Origin: Eledone cirrhosa
Taxonomy: Eukaryota
Assembly (NCBI GenBank): GCA_964016885.1
Contig: OZ024749.1
Location: forward strand, 45,322,001-45,386,000
Direction of reading: 5' to 3'
Length of the DNA stretch: 64,000 bases
Part shown: positions 15,175 through 28,189 of the stretch, in pieces
Layout of the letters: every line of letters begins with the position of its first letter
Position numbering within the stretch: position 1 is the first letter of the stretch
Position numbers and translations under genes: made by a program
Notes under the pieces: model-generated
Databases searched by the model: none
What the model was told of the DNA's origin: nothing
Seen by the model: the letters and a program-made list of their open reading frames with translations, nothing else

Positions 15175-15620
15175 TTTAGAGCTTGTAATATCAAGTTACT
15201 GTTGGTTCACCAAAGTGAGCACTAGATACGTAGTCGCTAGTATGTAGTTTGAGTTTGTACTAAGCAGAATGTAATAAATAATTGTTTCTACTGTTGGCAC
15301 AAGGCCAGCAGTTACCCAGTGCATTACTGGTACTTTATTTTATCGACCCCGTAAGGATGAAAGGCAAAGTTAACCTCGGCGAATGATAAGTATGGATGAG
15401 GTGTCATATTTTCATTAAGTTTATTCAGGTGTCTAGTGAACTTCTTATTCTAAAAGTTGTGCCCGATTGATAGATATCGAACCTTGTGCTGACCAACCAC
15501 GAAACGCGTGTCATACCTGAATAAACTTAATGATGATTAGAAATCGAGTCATATACTAGAGACTACGCATCGAGTGTTCACTTTTGTGAACCAACAGTAA
15601 CTTGAAGTACAATCCCTAAA
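15175..15620. mobile_element. Older fold-back element with nested SINE B fragment
   Basis: caagttactgttggttcaccaaagtgagcact inverted with agtgttcacttttgtgaaccaacagtaacttg; inner IR tcattaagtttattcaggt/acctgaataaacttaatga; HHR 3'-half remnant cgaaacgcgtgtca at 15500; SINE at about 15280-15382. Confidence 0.7.
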
Positions 15621-15700
15621 TCATATACGTATATATATATACAAGAGCGGTGCCACAGAATTGCCTCAGCCGGCTAGCTGCAACAAGTAAAAGAGTTATT

Positions 15701-15734
<34 letters not shown>

Positions 15735-15784
15735 ATTAAAGTGAGTTACAAACGAAACGAAATTTAATTTCGTTTCGTTATTTG

Positions 15785-15847
<63 letters not shown>

Positions 15848-15943
15848 AATGAAGTAATTCCGTCGGAAAAGTCCAGGGAAAAAGAGTGCTCTATGTAGGT
15901 AACATAGCTTAATAGTTATGTAATAAACAACATAAGGCAATTA

Positions 15944-16003
15944 TTCCATTTACCAGTGGTTTCTTAAAAGCAAAACATTTTGCTTTCAATCCTCAGAATG
16001 AAA
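15944..16003 (-). ncRNA. Type I hammerhead ribozyme (family B, left arm)
   Basis: Reverse complement: TTTCATT-CTGAGGA-TTGAAAGCAA…TTGCTTTTAA-GAAA-CCACTGG-TA-AATGGAA; intact core. Confidence 0.8.
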
Positions 16004-16067
16004 AAATCCTGGTCTGTTTATTGAATTTGGATTTTAAAATCCAAATTCAATAAACAGACTAGGATTT

Positions 16068-16127
16068 TTTCATTCTGAGGATTGAAAGCAACATCTTTTG
16101 CTTTTAAGAAACCACTGGTAAATGGAA
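16068..16127 (+). ncRNA. Type I hammerhead ribozyme (family B, right arm)
   Basis: 7-bp stem I, CUGAGGA, 10-bp stem II, GAAA, CC/GG stem III with ACU loop, GUA cleavage triplet. Confidence 0.8.
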
Positions 16128-16164
16128 TAATTGCCTTATGTTGTTTATTACATAACTATTAATA

Positions 16165-16235
<71 letters not shown>

Positions 16236-16451
16236 GGGGGGGGGGGGCACTATATTGCTGCATTAAGTGTGGCCGAAACCCGAGTGCGGGTATAGATTTG
16301 AGGTACCCATTTATGTGTGTTGTATTGAAGTAAATAACTTTGTATCTTCTCTGGGATTTTACATAACATCTATTAGAACGCTGAGATGCAAACCGGTACT
16401 AGCAGTGAAAGTCGTGCTAGTCCCGTCAACATATTATTATTATTGACCGGT

Positions 16452-16633
16452 GAATTGGCAGTATCGGTAGAGGGTCGGACACCATCCTTTTCAGCATAGT
16501 TACGTCCCTTTGCGGTCTGAGTTCACATCCCGCCGAGGTTAACTTAACTTTCATCCTTACTGGGTCGATAACATAAAGTACCAGTAATGTACTGATTAAT
16601 TGATGGCTTTGTGCCAAAAGTAGAAACAATTAT
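16452..16633 (+). mobile_element. tRNA-derived SINE family B
   Basis: A/B-box-like head (ttggcagtatcggtag…ctgagttcacatccc), central ttcatcc…gggtcgata…taaagtaccag; flanked by attattattgacc direct repeats. Confidence 0.9.
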
Positions 16634-16713
16634 TATTGACCACCACCCATCCCAATCACCAGCCTCTCGTAACACCATAAAATTTATAAATACCACCAGA
16701 TTATTGGACAGTC

Positions 16714-16764
16714 GGCTTCCTGATGATTTCTCCCGAATGAAACAGTTCTAGTCCTGTAGAAGCC
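16714..16764 (+). ncRNA. Type I hammerhead ribozyme motif (family E)
   Basis: GGCTTC-CTGATGA-T-TTC-TCCC-GAA-T-GAAA-CAG-TTCTAGTC-CTG-TA-GAAGCC; 6-bp stem I, weak stem II; element continues to 16847 then (TA)n. Confidence 0.7.
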
Positions 16765-16862
16765 ATTTATATAATAAATATTTATACTTTGTTATGTATT
16801 GAGTACCTTACTTACTGTGGTTACTCCTGATTGAATCCTGGATAAACATATATATATATATT

Positions 16863-17078
16863 GTGAAGGCGTGTGGCTGAGTGGTTAGAGAATTGGATTC
16901 GCAATCGTAAGGTTGTGAGTTCGATTCCTGGACCAGGCGATGCGTTATGTCATTGAGCAAGACACTTTATTTCACGTTGCTCCTTCTACCTGCAGTTGCG
17001 ACCGATAGATAGTATTAGCAATTGGAAAGACCAACGGAAACATTGTTCCCTCGGTTCGATTTGACGAAAGTCGATCCT
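16863..17078 (+). mobile_element. tRNA-derived CORE-type SINE (family A-SINE)
   Basis: tRNA-like head (gtggctgagtggttag…gagttcgattcc), CORE-like tgtcattgagcaagacactttatttcac; other copies at 25098, 26388, 29763, 52120. Confidence 0.85.
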
Positions 17079-17079
17079 T

Positions 17080-17119
<40 letters not shown>

Positions 17120-17507
17120 CGTACACTCACATATATACATATATCATATATATATGATATTTACACATACATTATGCATAAGTATATGTAATTTCTAGTT
17201 CACATGAAACATCTAAAAGAAATCGGTATCGCTCTATAAGTTCGTGAGTAGCGAGGTAAATATCTCCTGTCCCCATTTCACTGTGGCTCTAGGGTTAGTT
17301 TATTTTCTAATCTACTGACCTCATTTCATCTAACTGTCGGGAAGAAACATCAGATTTTCTGAGAAAAATTTTAATAAGGCTGATCGTTCGTTGATGCATA
17401 CTTCTGGTCACGTAAGGTCTAGCAATTTGCTCCAATTGTCATACCTGTGTGTGTCGTGTGGAAAAATGAACACACACATAATGAAACATATATATATATA
17501 TATATAT

Positions 17508-17542
<35 letters not shown>

Positions 17543-17547
<5 letters not shown>

Positions 17548-17833
17548 ATTTGTTCTCAGTATGGTGAACTAACTGTTGTGGAGCTACATATATATATGTA
17601 TGTATATATATATATGTATATATATATATATACATACATATATATATGTAGCTCAACAACAGTTAGTTCACCATACTGAGAACAAATGTTTCACCTCATT
17701 CGGATCCGCATAAGGTGAAACATTTGTTCTCGGTATGGTGAACTAACTGTTGTGGTACTACTTCTACCAAGCTCGTCCCACGGTCTGAGTGCTCTACTAC
17801 GACGAATATAACACGCCAGTGTTCTACTATTAT
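17543..17833. mobile_element. Fold-back element family H with extra inverted arm
   Basis: aaacatttgttctcagtatggtgaactaactgttg occurs three times (+,-,+); fold at about 17705; last arm has about 75 bp tail. Confidence 0.8.
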
Positions 17834-17986
17834 TTATATATATATATAAATATATATATAAATTACCGATATAAAAGACCCAGAAGCGAAAAGCGAAAAC
17901 CAACCAAACAGTGAGTGTGTTCTGTTATTAATTCTGGCAATATTACACAAATATGACCCTCCCCAAGTATAACAATATATTTAAAT

Positions 17987-18017
<31 letters not shown>

Positions 18018-18073
18018 CGTCGAAAAGTAAAATGTAGGAGAACAGACCGTTAAAACATGTTTATTTACAATAG

Positions 18074-18113
18074 CACCTACGTACGTTTCGCCCGAATGGA
18101 CTTCTCAAAGGCA
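18074..18113 (-). ncRNA. HHR-like motif with variant core
   Basis: TGCC-TTTGAGAA-GTCC-ATTC-GGGC-GAAA-C-GTAC-G-TA-GGTG; stems fit but core is non-canonical. Confidence 0.4.
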
Positions 18114-18556
18114 TAACGAACTAAAATGTGCTCCTTACATGGCCCGGAATGTGTTTTTAGAGATAAGTTCATGTCAGAGTTCATTCTTCGCAAAAAAGCA
18201 TATTTTGATTTTGCAGCAGGTCAAGAGAGGTAACTCTGGTCGTTGTTAGGGCATTCTTTCCCGGACAAAATTGTTTTCATCCGTTACAAGATGTGGTTAC
18301 AACCTTACGATTGTCGATACGCACAGGGTCAGGTATGCAACGTTTGTATTGAGATGTTTGTTTGCTGCACCTACCCGCCTGAGTCAATTGAAGCCGGGTC
18401 TCGGATGCATGGTTAGTTTCCGGATGTATTTAACACTGCCGGCACTAGTATTGAGCACCCTCTGCATACGCTATTTGGCAAATAACTACATGTATCACCT
18501 ATCCCTCCTTTTCTCTCTCTCGATACGTAAATATTCTCTCTCTCTCTATATATATA

Positions 18557-18943
18557 TTTATTAAAATAACAGATTAAAGTTTAAGCAAAGAATCGCTGCT
18601 TTCACCCTTAACGGGATCTTCTGAAACTAAAGGAATCAATCTGTGAACGCAGAAGTAAATATTTCAAAAACGTTGCAATCGAAGGAAGACAGGAAGACGA
18701 TACTTTGGTTCGTGGAAACGTTCCCTGGCAAAGAACGGATAAAGACAAAGATAAAAACTCATAATTTGGAGCGGTGAAAACAATTACACGCAAAGACAAA
18801 AGCACGTTTACGGTATAAATGAAGTCGTACACTAATATTCTATTAGGTGGTTCGTCTTTGCGTGTAATTGTTCTCACCGCACCACATAATGACGTATCAT
18901 CTTCGTTTTTTCCGTTCATTGTCAGAGAACGTCTCCACGAACC
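18557..18943. mobile_element. Longest family C copy with diverged internal inversion
   Basis: Starts ttattaaaataacagattaaag; about 18706-18807 is inverted at about 18854-18943; variant HHR on the minus strand at 18578-18628. Confidence 0.75.
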
Positions 18944-19626
18944 ACCGCTGGACTCGATAGAAATCTTGTGGACCAGAAGCCATTGTAGTAGCGGCAGAAT
19001 GTTATAATGTGTAGAGTACACACCATGTGGAGTTTGACTTTAAAATTTATTAGTAAATGAGCTGTAGTTATTCAAGCGGATGATTTGGTTTCGAAGATGT
19101 CTAGAAGGTTTAAATTGTGTGTAGTAACAGAGCCGTAGAAAACGTGGTAAAATTATTAGATTATGTGTTATTCTTTAGATTTATAGCTAGTCAGCAGTTG
19201 TTTACAACTAAAGCTGAAATAAACGATACGTGTAAGTGTTAAAATGTTGATATCTGGGTTTTTTCTGGTGATGTGCAAACAAAAAAAAAGAAATAAGTAA
19301 ATAAATATATGAACCCCTTTAAGAAATCATCTCTTATATTATTTGAGCTGTAAAGATAAAGTGATACACTAACCACCCGACCACTTCTACAAACACAACT
19401 AAATCTATCATGGAATCCTTTCAACAATATTGATTACATTGCTAAATGAAAAAGTATAAAATAAAGTAAAATATGTTCATATATAAACAACATTATAACC
19501 ATCGTTGATAATGCATAAACTTTATCGATTTGGAAGTGAAGAAGGGTTGGGAAAACAGATAAAAAGAATATTTACCGAGTCAGGCTACCAGAGAATATTT
19601 CAACAAACATATACCCGCATTTAAAT

Positions 19627-19697
<71 letters not shown>

Positions 19698-19703
19698 TCT
19701 CTC

Positions 19704-19734
<31 letters not shown>

Positions 19735-20819
19735 CACACACACTCTCTCTCCCACACACACGCAAACACGCACATATGCACACATTTTCAGCCACACACA
19801 TACACGTCTATACAATCCTCTGTTTGTATTACATTAGAATATCAAGTGCATATCGTTGGTTTCATAGTTTTCCGACGTTATCGTTGTTGCAGCCATCTCC
19901 TGTGGGTGATGACAGAAGATTACTGTAATCTCACTAATATGAGCAACTGTAATGATATGAACGTTATGAGATATTTATCAACTGAATGAGTGTGAAAGAT
20001 AAAGCATGTTTTGCATTGCCAAGCAAATCCGCTAACTACGGTGCGAGATTGTTTAACGTAGAGAAATTATGATACGACCTCTGTTAAACATCGAAAATTA
20101 GCAGGTAGAAGTATGGTGTAACGATGTTCATTGATATTTGTAATATTATGAGGCGTAACAAAGAACGTCCTCTTATTCGAAAGATATGTACTGTAGCAAT
20201 AGGATAAGATAACATTGAAAAAAAAACATAGATTAACCCTCACCCACCCAACCCCTAAAGCAAACCCACAGCCACAAATGGTGGTAGTTACCGATTAATT
20301 TATATTCCCAATACACAAAACAAAATTTATTTAATTGAGTGTAAAATATTTAAAATCTAATTACAAATGATGTAAGCTCAAAATTCATGGAAAATACGAT
20401 TACAACACGTTTCAAGGGATAAGAAATATGCATCCCGTTTTCATGGTTACAAATCATCCTATGTTGAAAAGGTCTACGGCGGAAGCTTTATGATAAACCG
20501 GGAATTGAACCACTAAGCTAGTCTGTTGTTAGGCCCAATAAGTTATACTGGAACAAAACGTCCTACTCTGCATTCTGTTGGATCAAAGCAGTGAGTTCCA
20601 GAATAAGATTCCTATAATTGGGTGACCCATTATCTCCATACAACTCATAAATGCGCCCTGTAGTGAGAACTTCAACATGAAAAGTTCTTGGAAGAGACAG
20701 AGAAGGATGTCCCCTACCACTGCGAATTGATCTGCATTTTTAAGGCGATTAACTAATAGTGCAAACCTCTACTGTCGTTTGAGGCATACAAAGGATATAT
20801 ATATATATATATATATATA

Positions 20820-21019
20820 TACGAGTGTTAGCCGAAGAGTTCACAGGCTGAATAAGTTACTCTCATGGAATGACCAAATGGGGTGTATTTTTCAACATAA
20901 TCCATGGAACGAAACAAAGCAGTTATTAATAATAAGAACTGCAATTAATGCAAGCAAGATTTCACAGCTCTAGTCTCAATCCTTCGTAGTAAGCCTGTGT
21001 ACATTTCAGCTAATCCTCG

Positions 21020-21021
<2 letters not shown>
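20820..21021. mobile_element. Mariner-type MITE
   Basis: TACGAG…/…CCTCGTA termini, similar to the 12203 copy; inserted in TA. Confidence 0.7.
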
Positions 21022-21059
<38 letters not shown>

Positions 21060-21060
<1 letters not shown>

Positions 21061-21181
21061 TTTATCCCGGGTTCAATGGGGGGTAACCACAGTAAGTAAG
21101 GTACTCAATACATAGCAGAGTATAAATATTTAATATAGAAATGACTTCTACAGGACTAGATCTATTTCATTCGGGAGAAAT
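21060..21181 (-). mobile_element. Family E element, 5'-truncated within the HHR
   Basis: Reverse complement matches 16726-16847. Confidence 0.8.
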
Positions 21182-21379
21182 ATATATAAATATTTATAAA
21201 GAATGAGAGAGAGAGAAACAGACAGACAGGCAAACAATGAGATATCATAGACACCCACATATACCCACATATACACAGTATATGTGTACTCATGCATAGA
21301 CCCCTACACAAAGACATTCCCTGATAAATCGTCATGAAATTCTATTCTTACATAACACATCAAAATTGTATTGCTATCA

Positions 21380-22000
21380 GGTTGTTGTTTGGTTTACGTC
21401 GTATATTTAGTCAATAAACCTTTATTGACGACGATGACGCAAGCAAAGGTCAACCAGTGTTCTTGGATTTTGGGCAACACGATTTTTCACAGCATGATTC
21501 TTTGTCCGAGCTACAATCTTGAGACAAACATGGAGAGAGCATCGACGCCTTTATCAAGCATAATGCCAAGTACACACAGCAATTAACTGGTCATTGTGAT
21601 CGGGAGCCAGAAACTATCGTTTGCATTCTATTCTAATAAATGTGTAAGTTATGAGAGTGGGACGGCAGTGAATGGATCTGGGCATTGAAGAGGATTGTTG
21701 AGCAGAGTTTTCTGAGAGAAAGTTCAGTTCGTGTATTATGAGCAATTCTCAGAAATCATTGTCATGTCATTGCCGAAGGAAGACATCTCCAAAACAAGAC
21801 GGGCTTCTCAGACACACAAGTGCACAAATTCTTCTCACTATCGCACGGTGACTCTCTTTTGTAAACATGCAAGCTTAAGACGAACAATTCTTAGTAAATA
21901 TAGGATATATGCTGTTCCCAGCGGTGTCTATATTTGAATGTGAACAGCCTCCTTCATTTTGCCGGGAAGAGAAGCAATTCTTTTTTGCATAGTAGCTGTG
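21380..22000 (-). pseudogene. Decayed mariner-like transposase
   Basis: Minus-strand remnants resembling the HTH region (ACLQKRVTVR**EEF…EAR), WLPITMT (WVPxxLT) and a frameshifted SRIVAxDESW-like motif; possible C-terminal remnant at 20600-20780. Confidence 0.45.
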
Positions 22001-22519
22001 ATGAAAGGAGCTATTAGGTGGATATGTCTAAACATTTTGAGGACAAGAATCCTTTTCTAAGTCAAGGCCACAATCAAATTCTTCACTTTACACATGAAGG
22101 GACAGATTTTTGTAGAGAGGAAGGTTCTGCCTACATATTGACTTATATAATATTTGTATTGTTATTATTACTATTTATTTGCATCAGCGTTATTGTTGTA
22201 TCTACAGTCCGTTTTGTGATGTTGACTTTACATTCATCAGATGTAAACTGTATTTCGTGTTGTGTTACTTCCTTGTATTGTCTCCAAAATCTGTGTATCT
22301 TTCAAGCAAATAAAATAAATCCTTACACTTTTTGTTGCTGTTGTTATTATTGTCATTATTATTGGGAGGTCGGTAAGCAGAACTGTTAGAGGTTCGATCA
22401 CATGAATATTTATTGATTTATACGAAATTTAAAGGTCCTTATTTTGTTGTATTCTTCTTAAAACCGCAATGTATCTAATAGCAATTACAGAGAAAATTTT
22501 TTAGGATGGGCAAATTTAC

Positions 22520-22570
22520 CTCAGATAACCTCTGCTTTATATTTTGATATGTTATAAATACCATGCTCAT
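22520..22570 (-). CDS. Candidate first coding exon MSMVFITYQNIKQRLSE (unknown gene)
   Basis: ATG with purine at -3, 17 open codons ending at the donor GAG|GTAAAT; lies in non-repetitive sequence about 490 bp downstream of CCAAT/CRE-like motifs; no homology recognised. Confidence 0.2.
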
Positions 22571-23051
22571 CTCCTCTCAAATGTCGTCCTACCAGTTTGA
22601 AGATAAAGGATAGTTTGAAATCCTTGTACACAAAGCAATTTTTTTTAATAAGTTTGATCGATGAGGACAGAGCAGTGGTTTTTAGAATTGCCATGCATAG
22701 TAGATCAAATAACAAATCTAAAACCACACCTTCCTCTCTTAAAAAAATTAAATATAAAATTATTGGGATGGACGTGTCTGGAATGTGGAATACCTTTGAT
22801 AAGTTGTCTTCTCTATCTGGAAAAAAATATACAACAGCTGAAACATGTGATCCAAACCGACTCAAATGATTTTGTCAATGAGACGATCACAACACCGTTA
22901 ATGTAACGTCAAGAAATTTAAGCCACAGCTGAACAACTTGGCAGGCATTCAAATGTCTTGGTCATTTGTAACTGTGGCAAGCTCAATCAGATAATGGTAC
23001 TTAATCAACTCAAAGTTCTAGTGTACTAAAACTTTTAAAATAGAATCACCA

Positions 23052-23092
23052 TTTCCTATTGGCTGCTCATATATAGATTCATTGACGTAAAT
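23052..23092 (-). promoter_or_regulatory. Candidate promoter: NF-Y-like CCAAT box plus CRE/ATF-like site
   Basis: Minus strand AGCAGCCAATAGGA (CCAAT at 23058-23062) and TGACGTAA at 23083-23090. Confidence 0.3.
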
Positions 23093-23465
23093 GTCTCCAC
23101 TGAACCCCAACCCAACATTATGTTTCTACAGCACTAAAAACCTGCACTCATTAGTTTGTGTCTCATTAGCATCTGGTTTGTTTCCTTTATTTCTTCCCTT
23201 CTTCCTTCCTTCCTTCCAATCTTTCTTTTTTTCTATCTTCTTCCTTTTCTTTCTGTCGTTTTTCCTTCTTTCTTATTAATCGATTTGGCTCAGAAGATAT
23301 ATGACCAATCAATAAATATTATGTTCGTATTTTTAATCTTTAGAATCATAACTCACTTCCCTAATTTTTCTTTTTCTATTTTGTCTTTCTTGCTCATTTG
23401 TTTAATTAGTATTCAAGGTCGTTAGAAACGTAAAGTCTATCAAATTAATAATATTAATGGCACAT

Positions 23466-23732
<267 letters not shown>

Positions 23733-24182
23733 GACCAATCACTTATTCCCTGTAATACAGATAGCAGGATACGAAGCCTGCAGTTGGAGGTATAAAAAAT
23801 TGTTTGTCTTAAGTAAATGAAAATTACAAATTTTAAATTTGCGTTGGGACGGACTCATTTCAAATTTTAAATTCACCTAAATACTCTAAAATCATTTTTT
23901 ATTTTTATGCTTTTCTGGCTATAGACTTTAAATCGTTTAAATATATGATTATTTAGTGGGATGGATGGTTAAAGTAATTGTCCTGTATCCGAGAGATCTT
24001 GCCGGTGACTCTTGCTATTTTCTAATCTCTACGGGGATGCCTTACCTTATATTCTCACATACAATTTACAGTGATCATCACTAATATAAACATATGCTTT
24101 TGGACGCATACATTACAAATTCTGTGAATCATATTTGAGTGTCACTGTGTTGTCTTAATATATTATATATATATATATATGA

Positions 24183-24227
<45 letters not shown>

Positions 24228-24295
24228 ATTAAACTTTATGTACAATAAATAACGAGTACTTTTATTTACACTCCTTCACACACACATGCACACGC

Positions 24296-24396
<101 letters not shown>

Positions 24397-25097
24397 GAAT
24401 GTGTCTTTTCTCTGTAACATAGTGAATACGTGATAAAACTCACAAATGCATATGTATATATGTATATATATATATATATATGTGTGTGTGCGGGTGTGTG
24501 TGTGTGTTTGTGCGTGTGTATGTGTGTGGTTGTCCATAAATACACACATACATATATATATATATATGTGCATGATCAAATAGATTTAGAATTGCAAATA
24601 CAACATCCAAAGTTATGTATTTGGTGAAATGATTTCTGTATATGTTGGTGTTTGTAGTGTTACTACTGCGACATGAGTACAACGCAATCAATAATATTTT
24701 AATAACAAACAAACAAGCACAATCATCATTGGAAATTAAATTATGGGCTTTGATGAAGCGAAAACACAAAAATACCATTTCTCTAACTTCAAATCAATAA
24801 ATAAAAAAAAGTCACAAATTTCGTGGAAAAAAATATTTATATAAAAATATATTTTAAAATTATTTATGTCCTGTAGTTACGCTTCGGTAGTTTTTATGAG
24901 TATATTTTATGATATAGCGTTCACAGACGTTGGTGGTTCCGGCTAGGTCAGTTAGTTAGGATATATATAAATACAACTTTTAATGTCGTGGCAAAAATGA
25001 CAGTGTTGACGTAGTATCTGCCTACGAACAAATTCAGTTTTGTGTTCAAATATTCAGCTATCATTAATGTAATATCTTTACATGCGATTTACATACA

Positions 25098-25310
25098 TGC
25101 GCTTGACTGAGTGGTTAGGGAATTAGATTCGCAATCTTGAGGATGTGAGTTCGGTTCCCGAACCGGGCGATGCGTTATGTCCTTGAGCAAAACTCTTTAT
25201 GTCACCTTGCTCATTATACCTGGAGTTGCGATCATTAGATAGTACTAGCAATTGGAAGGACCAACGGAAACATTGTTTCCTCGGTCCGATTTGACGAAAG
25301 TCGATCGACT
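25098..25310 (+). mobile_element. CORE-type SINE
   Basis: Collinear with the 16863 copy. Confidence 0.85.
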
Positions 25311-26387
25311 GTCAATATATATATTTATGTATTTATTTTGCATGGTTTATAATATAACATGGTGTGTTGAAAACCAAACCAAAGAGTGAGTGTATTTTAC
25401 TAATTTTTGACAATATTTGGACAACATGACAATTCCCAAATATAACAATATAACAATATATATATATATATCAATTATTTTGAGAGGAGGGGCACGTCGA
25501 AATAGAGAACTTGACAGTGAGGACAGATGTGAGAAGCATCTTCTTTATTCGACATTCACCAAATTTCAATTAAAGTATTTGTGAATTTGGAATCACGGTA
25601 TAAGCCAGTAAACCATTCGGACAGAAGAGAATCTCTATTCAATGTAAGAGGAATGTGTAGGACTATACAGAACAATACAGTAAACGTACGGAAAACAAGC
25701 ATTTGAGGAAAGGTTTTAGAGAATAAGCAAGAGAGCAGAATAATATGTTGGTAAATGAACGAGAATATCTTTCGACTTGGATGAAGCACAGTAGGTAACA
25801 GATTCATCAGACAATATAGCAGGTACATTTACCTGTGTATCAGAATATAATACATATTATATTATCTCGTATTACATAATATTTACAAGCTTGTTAACCA
25901 CTAATATCTACATGCTTGCAGAAATATACTGGGCAGTAAAACAAGTGGTACCATCTGATATACTGCGCTACATACCAGTAATTACTGTATGGTAGAATGA
26001 ACAGTGTAGTTTTCCCCGGCTCAGTGAAGGTATGATATTCCTTGAAATAAACAGAGATGTTGAAATGACTATGCGATGTAGTTCCGTATAATGTGGCATG
26101 TCGATGGATATACAGAAATCCGGGCAATGAGGAGACCATATGGAACAGTTACTATGAGATTACAAGTTTCTAAGTAAGGTCTGATGTGCTGAATTAAAAA
26201 CATTTTCTGCAAACATATTTTGCACAGGATTGAGCATGTAATCCCACTCATTGTATTGCTATGCTATTTTAAACGCATTTTCTCTATAGAAAACGACTTC
26301 TGATTCTGACTGAAGAACTTACGGTGGCATAAGTCCTAACTTCTCTTTTTGAAGGAAAGGGGAATAATTACATTTTATACATATATA

Positions 26388-26595
26388 GTGAAAGCACCTG
26401 GCTTAGTGGCTAGAGAATCGGATTTGCAATCGTGAGGTTGAGAGTTCCATTCTTGAAGAGGGTGCTGCGTTATGTCCTTGAGAAAGGCACTATTTTTCCC
26501 GTTGTCCTTTCAGCCAAGAGTAGCGACAGTTAGATAGTATCTGCAATGAAAAGACCAATGGAAGCATTGTTTCCTTAGTCGTATTTGACAAGTTC
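26388..26595 (+). mobile_element. CORE-type SINE, older copy
   Basis: Collinear with the 16863 copy, more diverged. Confidence 0.75.
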
Positions 26596-26851
26596 CACCA
26601 CACTCAGTAAGCGAATGAGGTCGGATCTGGTCGATCGTGTTTATACATGTATATGTATATACACGTAACCAATACATAAGTGGTATACATTTAGGAGTGA
26701 TTATGAAAATGCTTAATGATGATAAGGCTTAAATGGTTTACGTTTCCTTTCTGGCTAAGACCTATTACCATACAACCCGTCGCCGTTGTCTTACAATCTG
26801 ACAGGTGCTATCTCTCACGTGGTCTGATCACAGTCGATTTCTTCCAAATAT

Positions 26852-26898
<47 letters not shown>

Positions 26899-27861
26899 GG
26901 TAAGATTGAAACAGAGGGAGAAAGTGATAGAGACGGACGATATATAGAATTGCTAATATATAGAACGACAAAGAATGATTAAAATCTTATTACCTAATTT
27001 AATGACACCTCCGTCCCACCTATACACCACAAACGCCCCACACACCTAAACAATTATAGGTTCATACATAGACGAAACGGAATAGATCACTGTAAATAAT
27101 TCAGCGATTTTTTCATATTGCCATATACATATAAACACACACATATAACATAAGTTTTATTCGAACATCTCGGAACTGCCAGTTTCACAGACTGCTCTGT
27201 AAGTGGTACTCTGTTATATATCTTTATATTTATATACGAATTTGCGCATCGCAGTGAACACAAGGTATCACTCATGTTAGCTTTGATATTTGAATATGGG
27301 AATTATTTCTATAGCTGTGATCTACAACGTTAGGAGTGGCAGATACGTCCCACATTTTGATACACCAAAACGAAGTACTGTCTGATAAGGGGAGATAATA
27401 ACATATATACTTAAATAGGTCTGCCTGACACTTATATTCTTAATACTGGACTGGTGTTCGAAATGACAATAATGAAAATCAAACCACTAAATGAGTAGAA
27501 TTTCGTATATGGGTATAAAGGGAAGCAACTTACTTCTGCATCATCATATAGTTCCCTGATCTGAAATTTCAAACAGCATGATTGCCTGAAATGAGAGGCA
27601 TATATTTAGTCAGGAGTTACTTTTTTCTTCTTTCTCTTTATGTTAAAATAATAGACCAGCTGTTTTATTCGATCCATAATTAACGGTTTCGTATTTACAT
27701 AAACAATACCGACAAGCATACACATTGTATGGAAATGCTTCCTGATAATCATCTAAGGCGTAACTAGTCATCATGTAGAACTTATATATGGTGGGACTCA
27801 ATTAATCAAAGCTCAGTAGGAAATAAAGATAGGAAAACGCAACAAAATTTACACATACACA

Positions 27862-27923
<62 letters not shown>

Positions 27924-28155
27924 TTCTCTCTCTCCATCTCTCTCTCCCTCACACACATACAATCTATGTCTCTCTCACACACATGAACTTTTATACACAC
28001 ACACATATATATATATATATGAGTGTTTGTGTGTGTGTGTGTTTCTGTGTGGTTGTGTGTTTGTGTGGATGTACATACTTATGCCTATCTGTTTTAATTG
28101 ATGGTGCCTGTTTTCTCCACACGCGCTTATATATAAATATATATTCACACACACA

Positions 28156-28189
<34 letters not shown>

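Larger units (their letters stand above)
15848..16162. mobile_element. Asymmetric near-perfect palindrome, family B
   Basis: About 125-bp arms centred on ggatttt|aaaatcc (16035/16036) with no spacer; left arm has about 60 bp tail; microsatellite flanks. Confidence 0.9.

Noticed and set aside
15750-15780. Small palindrome aacgaaacgaaatttaatttcgtttcgtt as a terminator
   Set aside because: Eukaryotic context; more likely another mini fold-back remnant
16863-16940. tRNA-like sequence
   Set aside because: SINE head that continues into a CORE-like body, is multi-copy, and has no clean cloverleaf
19900-20150. Possible mariner remnant (DDRR…)
   Set aside because: Only one or two weak motifs; not supportable
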